A stretch of DNA of 64,000 nt, taken from assembly GCA_050485645.1 (NCBI GenBank), contig JBJHBT010000005.1:1062-65061 (forward strand). The letters run 5' to 3'. Of the stretch, positions 18,939 to 28,815 are shown piece by piece. The position numbers were made by a program, and so were the translations under genes. The DNA comes from Gammaproteobacteria bacterium. GTDB taxonomy: Bacteria > Pseudomonadota > Gammaproteobacteria > Steroidobacterales > Rariloculaceae. The notes beneath the pieces are model-generated. The model made no database searches. It saw only the letters and a list, made by a program, of their open reading frames with translations, and was not told where the DNA came from. Positions within the stretch are counted from its first letter, which is position 1, and each line of letters begins with the position of its first letter.

Positions 18939-21473
18939 TCAGAAAATCGAACCTCCCGGCGCTCCCGAGCCTCCCGGCGGCTGGTTGCCTTCCGATGAGC
19001 CGGGCCGCGAAAACTGCGGCGCGGCTTCGCGCGCGGGAATGCGGCCGGCCTGGAATTTTTCGATCATGGTGTTGGTGGCGCCGTCGCCGGCGATCAGGCC
19101 GGTGGTCTGATTGATCCGCATTTCGACGATGCCCGGGGGCACGCGCGGCGGATTCTCCGGCACGCCGGCCAGTGCCTGGTCCATGAACAGGTTCCAGATG
19201 GGCAGTGCGGTACGGCCGCCCTGTTCGCGTGCGCCGCCGGCCGTGCCCAGACTGCGCGAGAAGTCGTCGAAGCCGACCCAGGCGGTGGCGACCAGATCGC
19301 GGTTGTAGCCGCCGAACCATGCATCGGTGAAGTCGTTGGATGTGCCGGTCTTGCCGGCCAGATCCTGACGTCCCAGTGCGCGTGCACGAATGCCCGTGCC
19401 GCGGCGGATCACGTCCTGGAGGATGTCGGTGATCAGGTAGGCGTTCTGCGCGGAGATGGCGCGTTCGGCGAGCGGACCGAGTACGAGTGGTTCGGGCGAT
19501 TCGGACGGTTCGAACGGGTCGACCAGACCCGTGTCGAGAACCTGCACCGTGGAATACAGCGGCAGGTCCTCGCATTCAGGGCAGACGAATCGCGGCGTGG
19601 CCTCGTACACCACCTCCCCGTCCCGTGTTTCAACGCGCTCGATGAAGTAGGGCTCTACGCGGTAGCCGCCGTTGGCCAGCGTCGCGTAGGCGGCGGTGAG
19701 GTCCAGTGGCGAGGTGCCACCGGCGCCCAGCGAGATCGTCAGGTTGCGGGGCAGCGCGGTGTCGTCCAGTCCGAACTGCCGCATGTGGCTGATGAGGTTG
19801 GCGACGCCGCTGTCGCGTGCGATGCGCACCGTGGCCAGATTCAGCGAATCCACCAGCACTTCACGGAATCGGGTCGGTCCGTAGGAGCGTCCCGAGTAGT
19901 TACGCGGACGCCACACCGTTTCGAGTTCGGGGTTGCGCTCCGTCAGCGGCGCATCGTTGACGATGGTGGACGGCGTGAACCCCAGTTCCAGTGCGGCCGA
20001 GAAGATGAAGGGCTTGAATGCCGAGCCGGGCTGTCGCCGTGACTGAACGGCGCGATTGAAATTGCTGATGAAATAATCGAACCCGCCGACCAGCGCGGAG
20101 ATGGCACCGTCCTGTGGGTCGAGCGCGACCAGCGCACCCTGCACGTCGGGGATCTGCGCCAGGCGCAGCGTGCCATCGTCCGTGGCGCGGAACCGGACCA
20201 CGTCGCCCGTGGACAGGACGTCCCGCACAGCCTGCGGCCGCGCCGTGACGCTGTTGTCGTCGATGAACCTGGCGGCCCAGGCCACCGACTCCAGCCCCAC
20301 CTGCCGCGCTCCCTGGCCTGCCAGATACACCAGCGCCCCGTCATCGTCCTCGTCAATCCGCAGCACCAGCGCCGTGTTCATGCCGGCGCGGCTCTGGAAA
20401 TCGGCCAGCAGCAGTTCAAGTTCGCTGCGCAACTCGCCACTTGCGGCAAGTTCGTCAAGGCCGGTTGCGGCGGCCCACTCCGGCAGCGGCAACTCAGCCA
20501 GCGGTCCGCGGTAGCCATGGCGTTCGTCGTAATTCAGAAGCCCCTGGCGGATGGCCTCGTTGGCGGCAGTCTGCTGGCGGCTGTCGAGGGTCGTCGTCAC
20601 CCGGTAGCCCGCCGTGAGCGCATCGGGGCCGAACATGCCCACCATCCAGGCACGCACCATTTCGGCCATGTGGTGCGCGTCCAGCTCGGTGCGACGCTCA
20701 TGAAGCCGGGAAACGATGGGTTCGGCGAGCGCGGCACGATGTTCCTCCGCGCTGATCATGTTCAGCTCATGCATGCGTCGCAGCACGTAGCTGCGCCGTG
20801 TGGCCGCACGTTCGGGGCTGCGAAACGGGTTCTGGATGGACGGTCCCTGCGCGATACCGGCGATGATGGCGGCCTCGCCAACCGTCAGCTCATCCAGGGT
20901 CTTGCCGAAGTACCGCTGCGCGGCGGTAACCACGCCATACGACCGCTGGCCGAAAAACGTGGTGTTCAGATACAGCTCGAGGATTTCTTCCTTCGTGAAC
21001 GCATGCTCGATCTGCAGCGCCAGAATCCATTCCTTGAACTTGCGGATATACAGGCGCTCCGGGGTCAGGAAGTACTGCCTGGCCACCTGCTGGGTAATCG
21101 TGCTGCCGCCGATGCTGCGGTCGCCCAGCGTGCGCATCACGTTCAGCGCAGCCCGCGTGATGCCGCGATAGTCGACGCCGGGATGGTCGAAGAAGTACTC
21201 GTCCTCGGCCGCGAGCACGGCATTGATCATCAGCTGGGGGATGTCGTCGAGCCGCGCCGGCGTGCGGATCACCTCGCCGAACTGCCACATCAGCCGTCCG
21301 TCGCGCGAATAGACGCTGAGCGGCACTTCCATGCGCACGTCGCGCAACTGGTCCGCATCGGGCAGGCCGGGGGATACATAGTAGTAGGCACCGACGAACA
21401 TCGCGGCCACGGCGATCAGCAGCGCGGCGAGCCAGGCGGCAATGGCAACGGGGATGCGGATGAGGTGTTTCAT
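18939..21473 (-). CDS. mrcA: penicillin-binding protein 1A (bifunctional glycosyltransferase/transpeptidase)
   Basis: 844 aa. GT51 motifs (EDEYFFDHPGVD, GGSTITQQVAR, RKFKEWILALQIE) and transpeptidase SAFKP, SGRS (SxN position), KTGTSND. Divergent from pilM as in Pseudomonas ponA. Confidence 0.95.
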   Translation of the reverse strand: MKHLIRIPVAIAAWLAALLIAVAAMFVGAYYYVSPGLPDADQLRDVRMEVPLSVYSRDGRLMWQFGEVIRTPARLDDIPQLMINAVLAAEDEYFFDHPGVDYRGITRAALNVMRTLGDRSIGGSTITQQVARQYFLTPERLYIRKFKEWILALQIEHAFTKEEILELYLNTTFFGQRSYGVVTAAQRYFGKTLDELTVGEAAIIAGIAQGPSIQNPFRSPERAATRRSYVLRRMHELNMISAEEHRAALAEPIVSRLHERRTELDAHHMAEMVRAWMVGMFGPDALTAGYRVTTTLDSRQQTAANEAIRQGLLNYDERHGYRGPLAELPLPEWAAATGLDELAASGELRSELELLLADFQSRAGMNTALVLRIDEDDDGALVYLAGQGARQVGLESVAWAARFIDDNSVTARPQAVRDVLSTGDVVRFRATDDGTLRLAQIPDVQGALVALDPQDGAISALVGGFDYFISNFNRAVQSRRQPGSAFKPFIFSAALELGFTPSTIVNDAPLTERNPELETVWRPRNYSGRSYGPTRFREVLVDSLNLATVRIARDSGVANLISHMRQFGLDDTALPRNLTISLGAGGTSPLDLTAAYATLANGGYRVEPYFIERVETRDGEVVYEATPRFVCPECEDLPLYSTVQVLDTGLVDPFEPSESPEPLVLGPLAERAISAQNAYLITDILQDVIRRGTGIRARALGRQDLAGKTGTSNDFTDAWFGGYNRDLVATAWVGFDDFSRSLGTAGGAREQGGRTALPIWNLFMDQALAGVPENPPRVPPGIVEMRINQTTGLIAGDGATNTMIEKFQAGRIPAREAAPQFSRPGSSEGNQPPGGSGAPGGSIF

Positions 21474-21852
21474 GGCTGAACCTGCGTCTTACGCTCCTGT
21501 CGGGTAAGGACGTATCTGGCGGGCCGGCGGCGGCATGCCTGCTCCGTGGTGGCAGACCCCGCCCTGTGGAGCGGGAGCTGCGGCGGGACCGGCCCAGCAT
21601 AGCCGGACCGGGGCGGTAGTTGAACGCCGGCATTGTGACACCGGGCACACTTCCCGTCCCGTCGCCCGATCATACTTCCCGACGATGGGTGAAACACCCG
21701 CTGCTGCTGCCGCGGCCGGAGCCGCGAACCGGGAAGCGGATTGGTGAAACCGATCACAACGGTATCTATAGCGACTGGGATATAGTTAAATTCGACCCTG
21801 AAGCGCGTGCTCATGATTCTAACCCAACTGTTTGCGTTGGAAAGGAAAACCG

Positions 21853-22914
21853 GTGTTCTCACGCGGTAACAACAAGTCCCTGCTGGGGCTTGACATAACG
21901 ACATCATCCGTCAAGCTGATCGAATTGGTCGGGTCCGGGCGCGGCTATCGCGTTGAGTCCTATGCGGCAGAGCCCACGCCACCGAACTCGATCAATGAAA
22001 AGGCCATCGTCGATGCCGACTCCGTCGGCGAGGCGGTACGCCGGGCGGTCAAGCGTTCCGGCGCCAGGTCCCGGGAATGCGCGATTGCGATCAGCGGGGA
22101 CGCGGCAATCACCAAGGTGATTCAGATGCCGAAGAGCCTCAGTGGCGCGGATCTGGAAGGGCAGGTCGAGCTGCAGGCGGATCAGTACATCCCGTTTCCG
22201 ATGGAAGAAGTCAGTTTCGATTTCGAGGTCGTTGGCGACAGCGAGCGCGACCCGGACATGATGGACGTACTCCTGGTGGCCACCCGCACCGAGAACGTAG
22301 AGCAGCGTCAGCTGGCGGTCGAGGCGGCCGGCCTGAAGGCCCGGGTCGTCGATGTCGAGGCTTTCGCGGTCGAAAACGCGTGCCGGCTGCTGACGCATCA
22401 GATGCCCGACGGCGGTGCCGACCGGTTCGTCGCCGTCGTCGATTTTGGTGCCAGCACCACCACGTTCAGCGTGCTCAAAGACCTCAAGGTCATCTACACC
22501 CGTGATTTCGCCTTCGGCGGCCAGCAGCTCACCGAGGAAATCATGCGTACCTACGGCCTCAGCCTCGAAGACGCGGGCCGTGCGAAAAAGGAAGGCGGCC
22601 TGCCGAGCAACTACCAGCCCGAAGTGCTCGACGCGTTCATCGACGACATGGCACAGCAGGTGAGCCGCTCACTGCAGTTTTTCCTGGCGTCCGGCAGCGG
22701 GCGCGAACAACCTGACCAGATCGTCGTCTGCGGTGGCTGCGCCAATATTCCCGGTGTGGCCGACGTCATCAGCAGCCAGGTCGGCATTCCGACGGAAGTC
22801 GGTGACCCGCTGGGTCAGATGAAGCTGTCGTCGAGGTCCAAGGCCCAGGGCGTTCAGAAGGATGCGACCGCGCTGTTGACGGCATGCGGACTTGCTTTGA
22901 GGAGCTTTGACTGA
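21853..22914 (+). CDS. pilM: type IV pilus assembly protein PilM (actin-like ATPase fold)
   Basis: LLGLDITTSSVKLIEL N-terminus and full PilM body. Start trimmed to GTG 21853 (AAGGA upstream), giving 353 aa. Confidence 0.92.
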   Translation: MFSRGNNKSLLGLDITTSSVKLIELVGSGRGYRVESYAAEPTPPNSINEKAIVDADSVGEAVRRAVKRSGARSRECAIAISGDAAITKVIQMPKSLSGADLEGQVELQADQYIPFPMEEVSFDFEVVGDSERDPDMMDVLLVATRTENVEQRQLAVEAAGLKARVVDVEAFAVENACRLLTHQMPDGGADRFVAVVDFGASTTTFSVLKDLKVIYTRDFAFGGQQLTEEIMRTYGLSLEDAGRAKKEGGLPSNYQPEVLDAFIDDMAQQVSRSLQFFLASGSGREQPDQIVVCGGCANIPGVADVISSQVGIPTEVGDPLGQMKLSSRSKAQGVQKDATALLTACGLALRSFD

Positions 22915-23486
22915 TGCCAAGAATCAACCTCCTGCCATGGCGCGAAGAGCTGCGGCAGAAACGCAAGAAGGAATTCATCACCTGGATGTTCATGGCACTG
23001 CTGCTGGCGGGCCTGACCGTGTATGCATCCAAGCTGACGGTGAACGGCTGGATTAGCGACCAGCAGAACCGCAACCAGATCCTGCGTACGGAAATCGCGC
23101 AGCTGGATGCGCAGATCGCCGAGATCCGCGGCCTGGAAAACCAGAAAGAAAGGCTGCTGGCGCGTATGGCCATCATCGAGCAGCTGCAGCGGTCGCGGCC
23201 GGAGGCCGTGTATCTGCTGGATCAGCTGGTGGAGACCCTGCCCGAAGGCGTCCACCTCAACGAGGTGCGTCAGAGCAACACCCGCATCGAGATGCGCGGC
23301 TCGGCGCAGTCCAGCACGCGCGTTTCGGCGCTGATGCGCAACATCGATGCCTCGCCCTGGCTGCGCAGCCCCGGTCTGGAAGTGGTCGAGACCGTGACTT
23401 CCGGAGGCAGCCGCACGGCCAACTTCACGCTGTTCGCCCAGCAGATTCCAATGACTGATCAGAATGGCGGAGATTCGTCGCGATGA
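22914..23486 (+). CDS. pilN: type IV pilus assembly protein PilN
   Basis: MPRINLLPWREELRQKRKKEF then a TM segment; canonical PilN. 1-nt overlap with pilM stop. Confidence 0.92.
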   Translation: MPRINLLPWREELRQKRKKEFITWMFMALLLAGLTVYASKLTVNGWISDQQNRNQILRTEIAQLDAQIAEIRGLENQKERLLARMAIIEQLQRSRPEAVYLLDQLVETLPEGVHLNEVRQSNTRIEMRGSAQSSTRVSALMRNIDASPWLRSPGLEVVETVTSGGSRTANFTLFAQQIPMTDQNGGDSSR

Positions 23487-24088
23487 ACATCATTCAGGAG
23501 CTTCAGTCTCTGGATATGAACGAGCCGGGTCGCTGGCCGTTGCCGATCCGCATTGCCGCCGCCGTCATCACCTTTGCCGCCGTGGTTGGTTTCGGTGTCT
23601 GGATGTTCGTTATCAAGACCGACATGCCGATGCTGGAGCGGGCCCAGAACGACGAGCAGACGCTGCGTGCCACATTCGAGCAGCGTCAGCGCAGGGCGGC
23701 CAATTTCGATGCCTATCGTGAGCAGCTGGCCGAGATGGAACAGTCGTTCGGCACCATGCTGCGCCAGCTTCCGGGCCGCACCGAGGTGCCCAGTCTGCTC
23801 GTGGACATTTCCCAGACGGGGCTTGCCGCAGGGCTCGAAGAAAATCTCTTCCAGCCCCAGGGCGAGGTCCAGCGCGACTTCTACGCCGAGTTGCCGATCC
23901 GTATCCGCCTCACCGGCAGCTTTCATGAATTCGGCAGTTTCGTCAGTGGTATAGCGGCGCTGCCCCGTATCGTCACATTGCACGACATCCAGATCCGCCG
24001 CGTCGACCCCAACGTCTACGACCGATTGACGCTGGATGTGACCGCCAAGACTTACCGTTACCTCGATGAGGACGGTCCGGAGGGATGA
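23483..24088 (+). CDS. pilO: type IV pilus assembly protein PilO
   Basis: Position and PilO-type sequence (TM then coiled coil, LPGRTEVPSLLVDISQTG, LPRIVTLHDI). ATGA overlap with pilN. Confidence 0.9.
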   Translation: MNIIQELQSLDMNEPGRWPLPIRIAAAVITFAAVVGFGVWMFVIKTDMPMLERAQNDEQTLRATFEQRQRRAANFDAYREQLAEMEQSFGTMLRQLPGRTEVPSLLVDISQTGLAAGLEENLFQPQGEVQRDFYAELPIRIRLTGSFHEFGSFVSGIAALPRIVTLHDIQIRRVDPNVYDRLTLDVTAKTYRYLDEDGPEG

Positions 24089-24636
24089 TGGCCAGGCGAA
24101 TGCTTTCAGGGATCGGATATCCCGTTGTCAGGGTGCTGCTGCTGCTCGGCGTCAGCGTGATGCTTGCGGCCTGCGGCGGCGGCAACAGCGACCTGCGGGC
24201 CTATATCGATGAGGTCAAGGCCAGACCGGGCGGACGTATCGATCCGCTGCCGCAGGTGCAGCCCGCGCCGTCGTTTGCCTACGAGCCGGGGCAGCGACGT
24301 TCGCCGTTCGCACCGGATCGTCAGCAGGCCCGTGTCAGCGCCGACCCGAATGCCACCGTTGGTCCGGACAGGAACCGGCCGCGCGAGTTTCTGGAAGGGT
24401 TTTCCCTCGATACGCTGCGTATGGTGGGCACACTGGTGCAGCGGGATTCGCGCTTTGGCCTGGTCAGAACCTCCGACGGTCTGATCCACCGAGTCAGCGT
24501 GGGCAACCACGTCGGACAGAACTACGGGCGTATAGTGTCGATTTCCGATTCGCAGATTCAGATCGTGGAGATCATCCCCGATGGACTCGGCGGATTCATC
24601 GAGCGCCCGGCGGCAATTGCCCTGAGCACGAATTGA
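24085..24636 (+). CDS. pilP: type IV pilus assembly lipoprotein PilP
   Basis: Signal plus MLAAC lipobox. C-terminal LDTLRMVGTL...GLVRTSDGLIHRVSVGNHVGQNYGRIVSI typical of PilP. Confidence 0.9.
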   Translation: MMARRMLSGIGYPVVRVLLLLGVSVMLAACGGGNSDLRAYIDEVKARPGGRIDPLPQVQPAPSFAYEPGQRRSPFAPDRQQARVSADPNATVGPDRNRPREFLEGFSLDTLRMVGTLVQRDSRFGLVRTSDGLIHRVSVGNHVGQNYGRIVSISDSQIQIVEIIPDGLGGFIERPAAIALSTN

Positions 24637-24775
24637 GCAGTCCGTGATCAGCGCCATTCAGTCACGGAATAGCATCCAGGTTGCGGCATGTATTGTTGAG
24701 CAGCAGCCTGAACAGCAATCGATCAGCACTTGCGCAGCAACACAGCGCCGGCGAGCAAGGAAGGGAGTGAATCAG

Positions 24776-26959
24776 ATGTTCATCACAGCACCCGTTCGAC
24801 GCGGGTATACCTCATCGTGGTTGCGCCAGAGTCTGGCCGGTCTGGTACTGGTCATGGCCGCCATCGGCGCTGCCGGTACGGCGTACGCCCAGCAGGGTGA
24901 GCGCCGGCTCGAAGCGATCGAGGTGTCGCCGCTGCCCGGACAGCGTCTGGAACTCAGGCTGCGCATGAGCGATCAGGCGCCCGAGCCCACGAGTTTCACC
25001 ATCGACGACCCGGCCCGCATCTCGCTGGACCTGCCCGATACCGTGCTGGCACTGGATGCGCGTCGCCAGGACGTGAATCTCGGGCCGCTGGCCAGCATCA
25101 ACTCCGCCGAGGCCGGTGGTCGCACCCGCATCGTGCTGAATCTGAACTCGATGGTGCCCTACCAGACGCGCGTCGCCGGTGACAGCGTTTACGTGACCCT
25201 GGGGCAACAGCCCGGTGCGCCGGCTGCGGCTTTCCCCGCGGCCTCGACGCCGGCTGCCGTGGCACAGCCGGCCGCGGCGCCGGGTACGCGTACGATCAAC
25301 AACATCGATTTCCGTCGCGGACCCGATGGTGCCGGCCAGGTCGTGGTCGAGCTCAGCGACCCGCGTACGGTGGTCGATGTTCGTCATGAAGGTGGCCGCA
25401 TCGTTGTCGACTTCCAGAACACCACGCTGCCGGCCTCGCTGCTGCGCCGTCTGGACGTGACCGATTTCGCCACGCCCGTATCCACCGTGGACGCGTTGCG
25501 TGCCGAACCGCATGCGCGGCTGATCGTCAGTGCCGCGGCGGACTACGAGCAGCTCGCGTATCAGTCCGACACGCAGTTCACGCTGGAACTGAAACCGCCC
25601 CCGGAAGAAGAGAGCGTGCCGGGGTTGTTCGATACGCAGCGTGAGTATGTTGGCGAACGCCTGACGCTGAACTTCCAGGACATCGAAGTGCGCGCGGTGC
25701 TGCAGCTGCTGGCCGAGACCAGTGGTCTGAACATCGTGGTGAGCGACAACGTCAGTGGCAGCGTCACGCTGCGATTGCAGAACGTGCCCTGGGATCAGGC
25801 GCTGGATATCGTGATGACGACCCGCGGCCTGGACATGCGTCGCAATGGCAATGTGGTCATCGTGGCGCCGGCCGCGGACATCGCCGCACGCGAACAGCAG
25901 CAGCTGGAGTCGCGTCGCGCGTTGCAGCAGCTGGAGCCGCTGCGGTCCGAGTTCATCCAGGTGAACTACGCCAGGGCCAGTGATCTGGCCGAGCTGATCA
26001 GAGCCGGCGGGCAGACCGCGCTGATTTCCGAGCGCGGCAGCGTCACCGTGGACCAGCGCACCAATACGCTGCTGGTCACGGAGACCGCCGACAGGCTGGC
26101 CGATGTCCGCCGCATGGTCACGACGCTCGACATTCCGGTGCGCCAGGTGCAGATCGAATCGCGCATCGTGATTGTCAACGACGACTTCCAGCGACAGGTC
26201 GGTGTGCGGTTCGGATCCACGATGGTTCGCGAGAGCGGCAGCCAGGGACTGGTCTCGATGACCGGTACCAGCGCCGGTTCCGACAACATCGTGAATTCCG
26301 CGCTGAACAACATCCAGAACACCGGGCAGCCTTTCCCGGTGGCGCTGGGTTCGGCGAATCAGCGTTACAACGTGAATCTGCCGATCGCCAACCCCGCCGG
26401 TTCGCTGGCCATGGCGATCCTCGGTTCCGATACGCTGCTCGACCTCGAACTGTCGGCCCTGCAGGCCGAGGGCAAGGGGCAGGTGCATTCCTCGCCGCGT
26501 CTGGTCACCGCGAACCAGCGCGAGGCGTCGATCTCGCAGGGCGTGGAAATCCCCTACCAGGAAGCGGCTTCCAGTGGTGCAACGACGACGCAGTTCAAGC
26601 AGGCCGTGCTGAGCCTTACGGTCACACCGCAGATTACGCCGGACGATCGCATCATCATGGACCTGGCGGTCACCAAGGACTCGGTGGGCCAGGAAGTGCC
26701 AAGCGCAACCGGTGGTTTCGTGCCGAGCATCGACACGCGCTCGGTGAATACGCAGGTGCTGGTCAACGATGGCGAAACCGTCGTGCTGGGTGGCATCTAT
26801 GAAACCGAGGAACGCAACACCGTCAACAAGGTGCCGGTGCTGGGCGATATTCCCGGTCTGGGATATCTGTTCCGGTCACGCAGTACTCTGAATAACCGGG
26901 CTGAGCTGCTGGTGTTCGTCACGCCGAAGATCATCCGCGACGGCACCACCGTACGATGA
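24776..26959 (+). CDS. pilQ: type IV pilus secretin PilQ
   Basis: ORF 24644..26959 trimmed to ATG 24776 (AAGGGAG upstream), giving a signal peptide ending AYAQQ. AMIN-type repeats, then secretin domain (VPVLGDIPGLGYLFRS, ELLVFVTPKII). Confidence 0.93.
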   Translation: MFITAPVRRGYTSSWLRQSLAGLVLVMAAIGAAGTAYAQQGERRLEAIEVSPLPGQRLELRLRMSDQAPEPTSFTIDDPARISLDLPDTVLALDARRQDVNLGPLASINSAEAGGRTRIVLNLNSMVPYQTRVAGDSVYVTLGQQPGAPAAAFPAASTPAAVAQPAAAPGTRTINNIDFRRGPDGAGQVVVELSDPRTVVDVRHEGGRIVVDFQNTTLPASLLRRLDVTDFATPVSTVDALRAEPHARLIVSAAADYEQLAYQSDTQFTLELKPPPEEESVPGLFDTQREYVGERLTLNFQDIEVRAVLQLLAETSGLNIVVSDNVSGSVTLRLQNVPWDQALDIVMTTRGLDMRRNGNVVIVAPAADIAAREQQQLESRRALQQLEPLRSEFIQVNYARASDLAELIRAGGQTALISERGSVTVDQRTNTLLVTETADRLADVRRMVTTLDIPVRQVQIESRIVIVNDDFQRQVGVRFGSTMVRESGSQGLVSMTGTSAGSDNIVNSALNNIQNTGQPFPVALGSANQRYNVNLPIANPAGSLAMAILGSDTLLDLELSALQAEGKGQVHSSPRLVTANQREASISQGVEIPYQEAASSGATTTQFKQAVLSLTVTPQITPDDRIIMDLAVTKDSVGQEVPSATGGFVPSIDTRSVNTQVLVNDGETVVLGGIYETEERNTVNKVPVLGDIPGLGYLFRSRSTLNNRAELLVFVTPKIIRDGTTVR

Positions 26960-27025
26960 TTGCTGCGATGTGATTGCTGCGATCGCGACCTGATCGACCT
27001 GATCGCCGCCCTGATCGCTGATCGC
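26957..27025. repeat. patch of short direct repeats with clustered GATC
   Basis: TGATTGCTGCGAT at 26957-26969 and 26971-26983 (first copy begins with the pilQ stop codon). Then CTGATCG four times between 26990 and 27025. Five GATC within about 45 nt. Confidence 0.7.
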
Positions 27026-27029
27026 GTTG

Positions 27030-27054
27030 CCGACCCCGGATGGTGGGGTCGGCG
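27030..27054 (+). other. GC-rich hairpin
   Basis: GCCGACCCC - ggatggt - GGGGTCGGC, 9-bp perfect stem, followed by an A-run. Confidence 0.5.
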
Positions 27055-27062
27055 AAAAAAAT

Positions 27063-27096
27063 AACGGGCCGGACTCGCGCCGGCCCGTTTGCTTTG
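27063..27096 (+). terminator. Rho-independent terminator after pilQ
   Basis: AACGGGCCGG - actcgcg - CCGGCCCGTT (10-bp stem) followed by TGCTTTG. An A-run precedes the stem. Confidence 0.6.
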
Positions 27097-27169
27097 CCAC
27101 ACTGCTGCACACGGGCTGCCAGGCCCGTATCAGGACTCCCCTACAGGAATTCCGGCGAGACGAAGCGTC

Positions 27170-27706
27170 GTGGCAGGCAATATTTATCTGATCGGTCCGA
27201 TGGGTGCGGGCAAAACCGCTGTCGGTCGGCAACTTGCGCGGTTGCTTGGTGCGCGATTTCTCGACTGTGACTCGGAGATCGAACGTCGCACCGGCGTGGA
27301 CATCCCCTATATTTTCGAAAAGGAAGGCGAGCCGGGCTTTCGCGAGCGCGAAAGGGAAACCATCGCCGCGCTTTCCGAGCTCGGGGATACGATCATTGCA
27401 ACCGGCGGCGGTGCGGTCCAGGACCCGCGCAACAGGGAGCGGCTGCGCGCCACCGGCACGGTGATCTATCTTTTCGCCAGTGTCGACGATCAACTGGAGC
27501 GCACGCGCCGCACGCACCACCGGCCGCTGCTCGCTGATGGCGACCGGCGGGAAACGCTCGACCAACTGCTGGCGATTCGCGCGCCGCTCTACGAACAGCT
27601 GGCTGATATCACACTGGACACCGGAGGCCGGCGGGTCCGTTCCGTCGCGACCGCGGCGCGCGACGAGCTGGTGGCACGGGGACTCGTGGCATTGCAAAAG
27701 CGCTGA
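27170..27706 (+). CDS. aroK: shikimate kinase
   Basis: NIYLIGPMGAGKTAVGRQLA P-loop, DSEIERRTG, ATGGGAV. Start trimmed to GTG 27170. Confidence 0.92.
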   Translation: MAGNIYLIGPMGAGKTAVGRQLARLLGARFLDCDSEIERRTGVDIPYIFEKEGEPGFRERERETIAALSELGDTIIATGGGAVQDPRNRERLRATGTVIYLFASVDDQLERTRRTHHRPLLADGDRRETLDQLLAIRAPLYEQLADITLDTGGRRVRSVATAARDELVARGLVALQKR

Positions 27707-27727
27707 GGCCCTGCGAACCTTCGCGCC

Positions 27728-28813
27728 GTGGAAACGCTGGAAGTACATCTGGGCGAGCGCAGCTACCCGATTCATATCGGGCCGGGACTGCTCGCGGACG
27801 GCAGGATGCTGGGCGATGCGGTGGATGCCGCACAGGTGCTCGTGGTCACCAACGACGTTGTCGCACCGCTGTATCTTGCGCCGGTGCAGCAGGCTCTTGC
27901 AGGGCGACAGGTGGAGACCCTCGTGCTGCCGGACGGCGAAAAGCACAAGTCGCTGACCACACTGTCCGGGATTTTCGATCGCCTGATCGCCGCCCGCTTT
28001 CATCGTGATGCCTGTCTGGTGGCGCTCGGCGGTGGTGTGGTCGGCGACGTCTCCGGGTTTGCGGCGGCCTGCTATCAGCGGGGCATACGTTTCGTGCAGG
28101 TGCCGACCACCCTGCTCGCCCAGGTGGACTCCTCGGTGGGCGGCAAGACCGCCGTCAATCATCCTCAGGCCAAGAACATGATCGGCGCGTTTCATCAGCC
28201 ATCCGCGGTGGTTGCCGATACCGATACGCTGGGCACGCTGCCGGCGCGTGAATTGTCGGCGGGCCTTGCCGAAGTGATCAAGTACGGATTGATACTCGAC
28301 GATGACCTGTTCGTCTGGCTGGAGCGGAACATGGGCGAGCTGCTGGCGTTGCAGGCCGGCGCCCTGGGCGCTGCCATTCGCCGCAGCTGTGAGATCAAGG
28401 CGGCGATTGTCGCCGAGGACGAACGGGAACGCGGCCGACGCGCACTGCTCAACCTCGGGCACACCTTCGGTCACGCGCTGGAAGCCGTCACCGGCTACGG
28501 CCGCTGGTTGCATGGCGAGGCGGTCGCGATCGGCATGCACCTGGCGGCACGTACCTCGCATGCGCTGGGCTGGCTCGCGGAAGCGGATTGCGACCGCATC
28601 GACGCCCTGCTCAAGGCGGCGCATTTGCCGGTGCGCGCCACCGACGTGGATCCCGATGAAGTGCTGGCACGCATGAAGCTCGACAAAAAAGCCGACCGCC
28701 ACGGTGTGAAGCTCGTCTTGATGGAGCGCATCGGTCGCGCTGTCGTGATCGACGCGCCGCAGCAGTCCCTGCTGCGCGACACCATTGCCGCCGACTGTGG
28801 AGACGCGGGGTAA
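27728..28813 (+). CDS. aroB: 3-dehydroquinate synthase
   Basis: GGGVVGDVSGFAAACYQRGIRFVQVPTTLLAQVDSSVGGKTAVN and LNLGHTFGHALE motifs. Confidence 0.95.
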   Translation: METLEVHLGERSYPIHIGPGLLADGRMLGDAVDAAQVLVVTNDVVAPLYLAPVQQALAGRQVETLVLPDGEKHKSLTTLSGIFDRLIAARFHRDACLVALGGGVVGDVSGFAAACYQRGIRFVQVPTTLLAQVDSSVGGKTAVNHPQAKNMIGAFHQPSAVVADTDTLGTLPARELSAGLAEVIKYGLILDDDLFVWLERNMGELLALQAGALGAAIRRSCEIKAAIVAEDERERGRRALLNLGHTFGHALEAVTGYGRWLHGEAVAIGMHLAARTSHALGWLAEADCDRIDALLKAAHLPVRATDVDPDEVLARMKLDKKADRHGVKLVLMERIGRAVVIDAPQQSLLRDTIAADCGDAG

Positions 28814-28815
28814 TC

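Noticed and set aside
18847-19575. N-terminal two-thirds of ORF 18241..19575 (444 aa)
   Set aside because: This part overlaps the 3-prime end of ponA in another frame and is an Arg/Pro/Gly-rich run. The credible protein starts at ATG 18846.
27030-27062. First hairpin after pilQ considered as a minus-strand terminator because of the adjacent A-run
   Set aside because: On the minus strand the T-run would precede rather than follow this stem. No minus-strand gene ends here.
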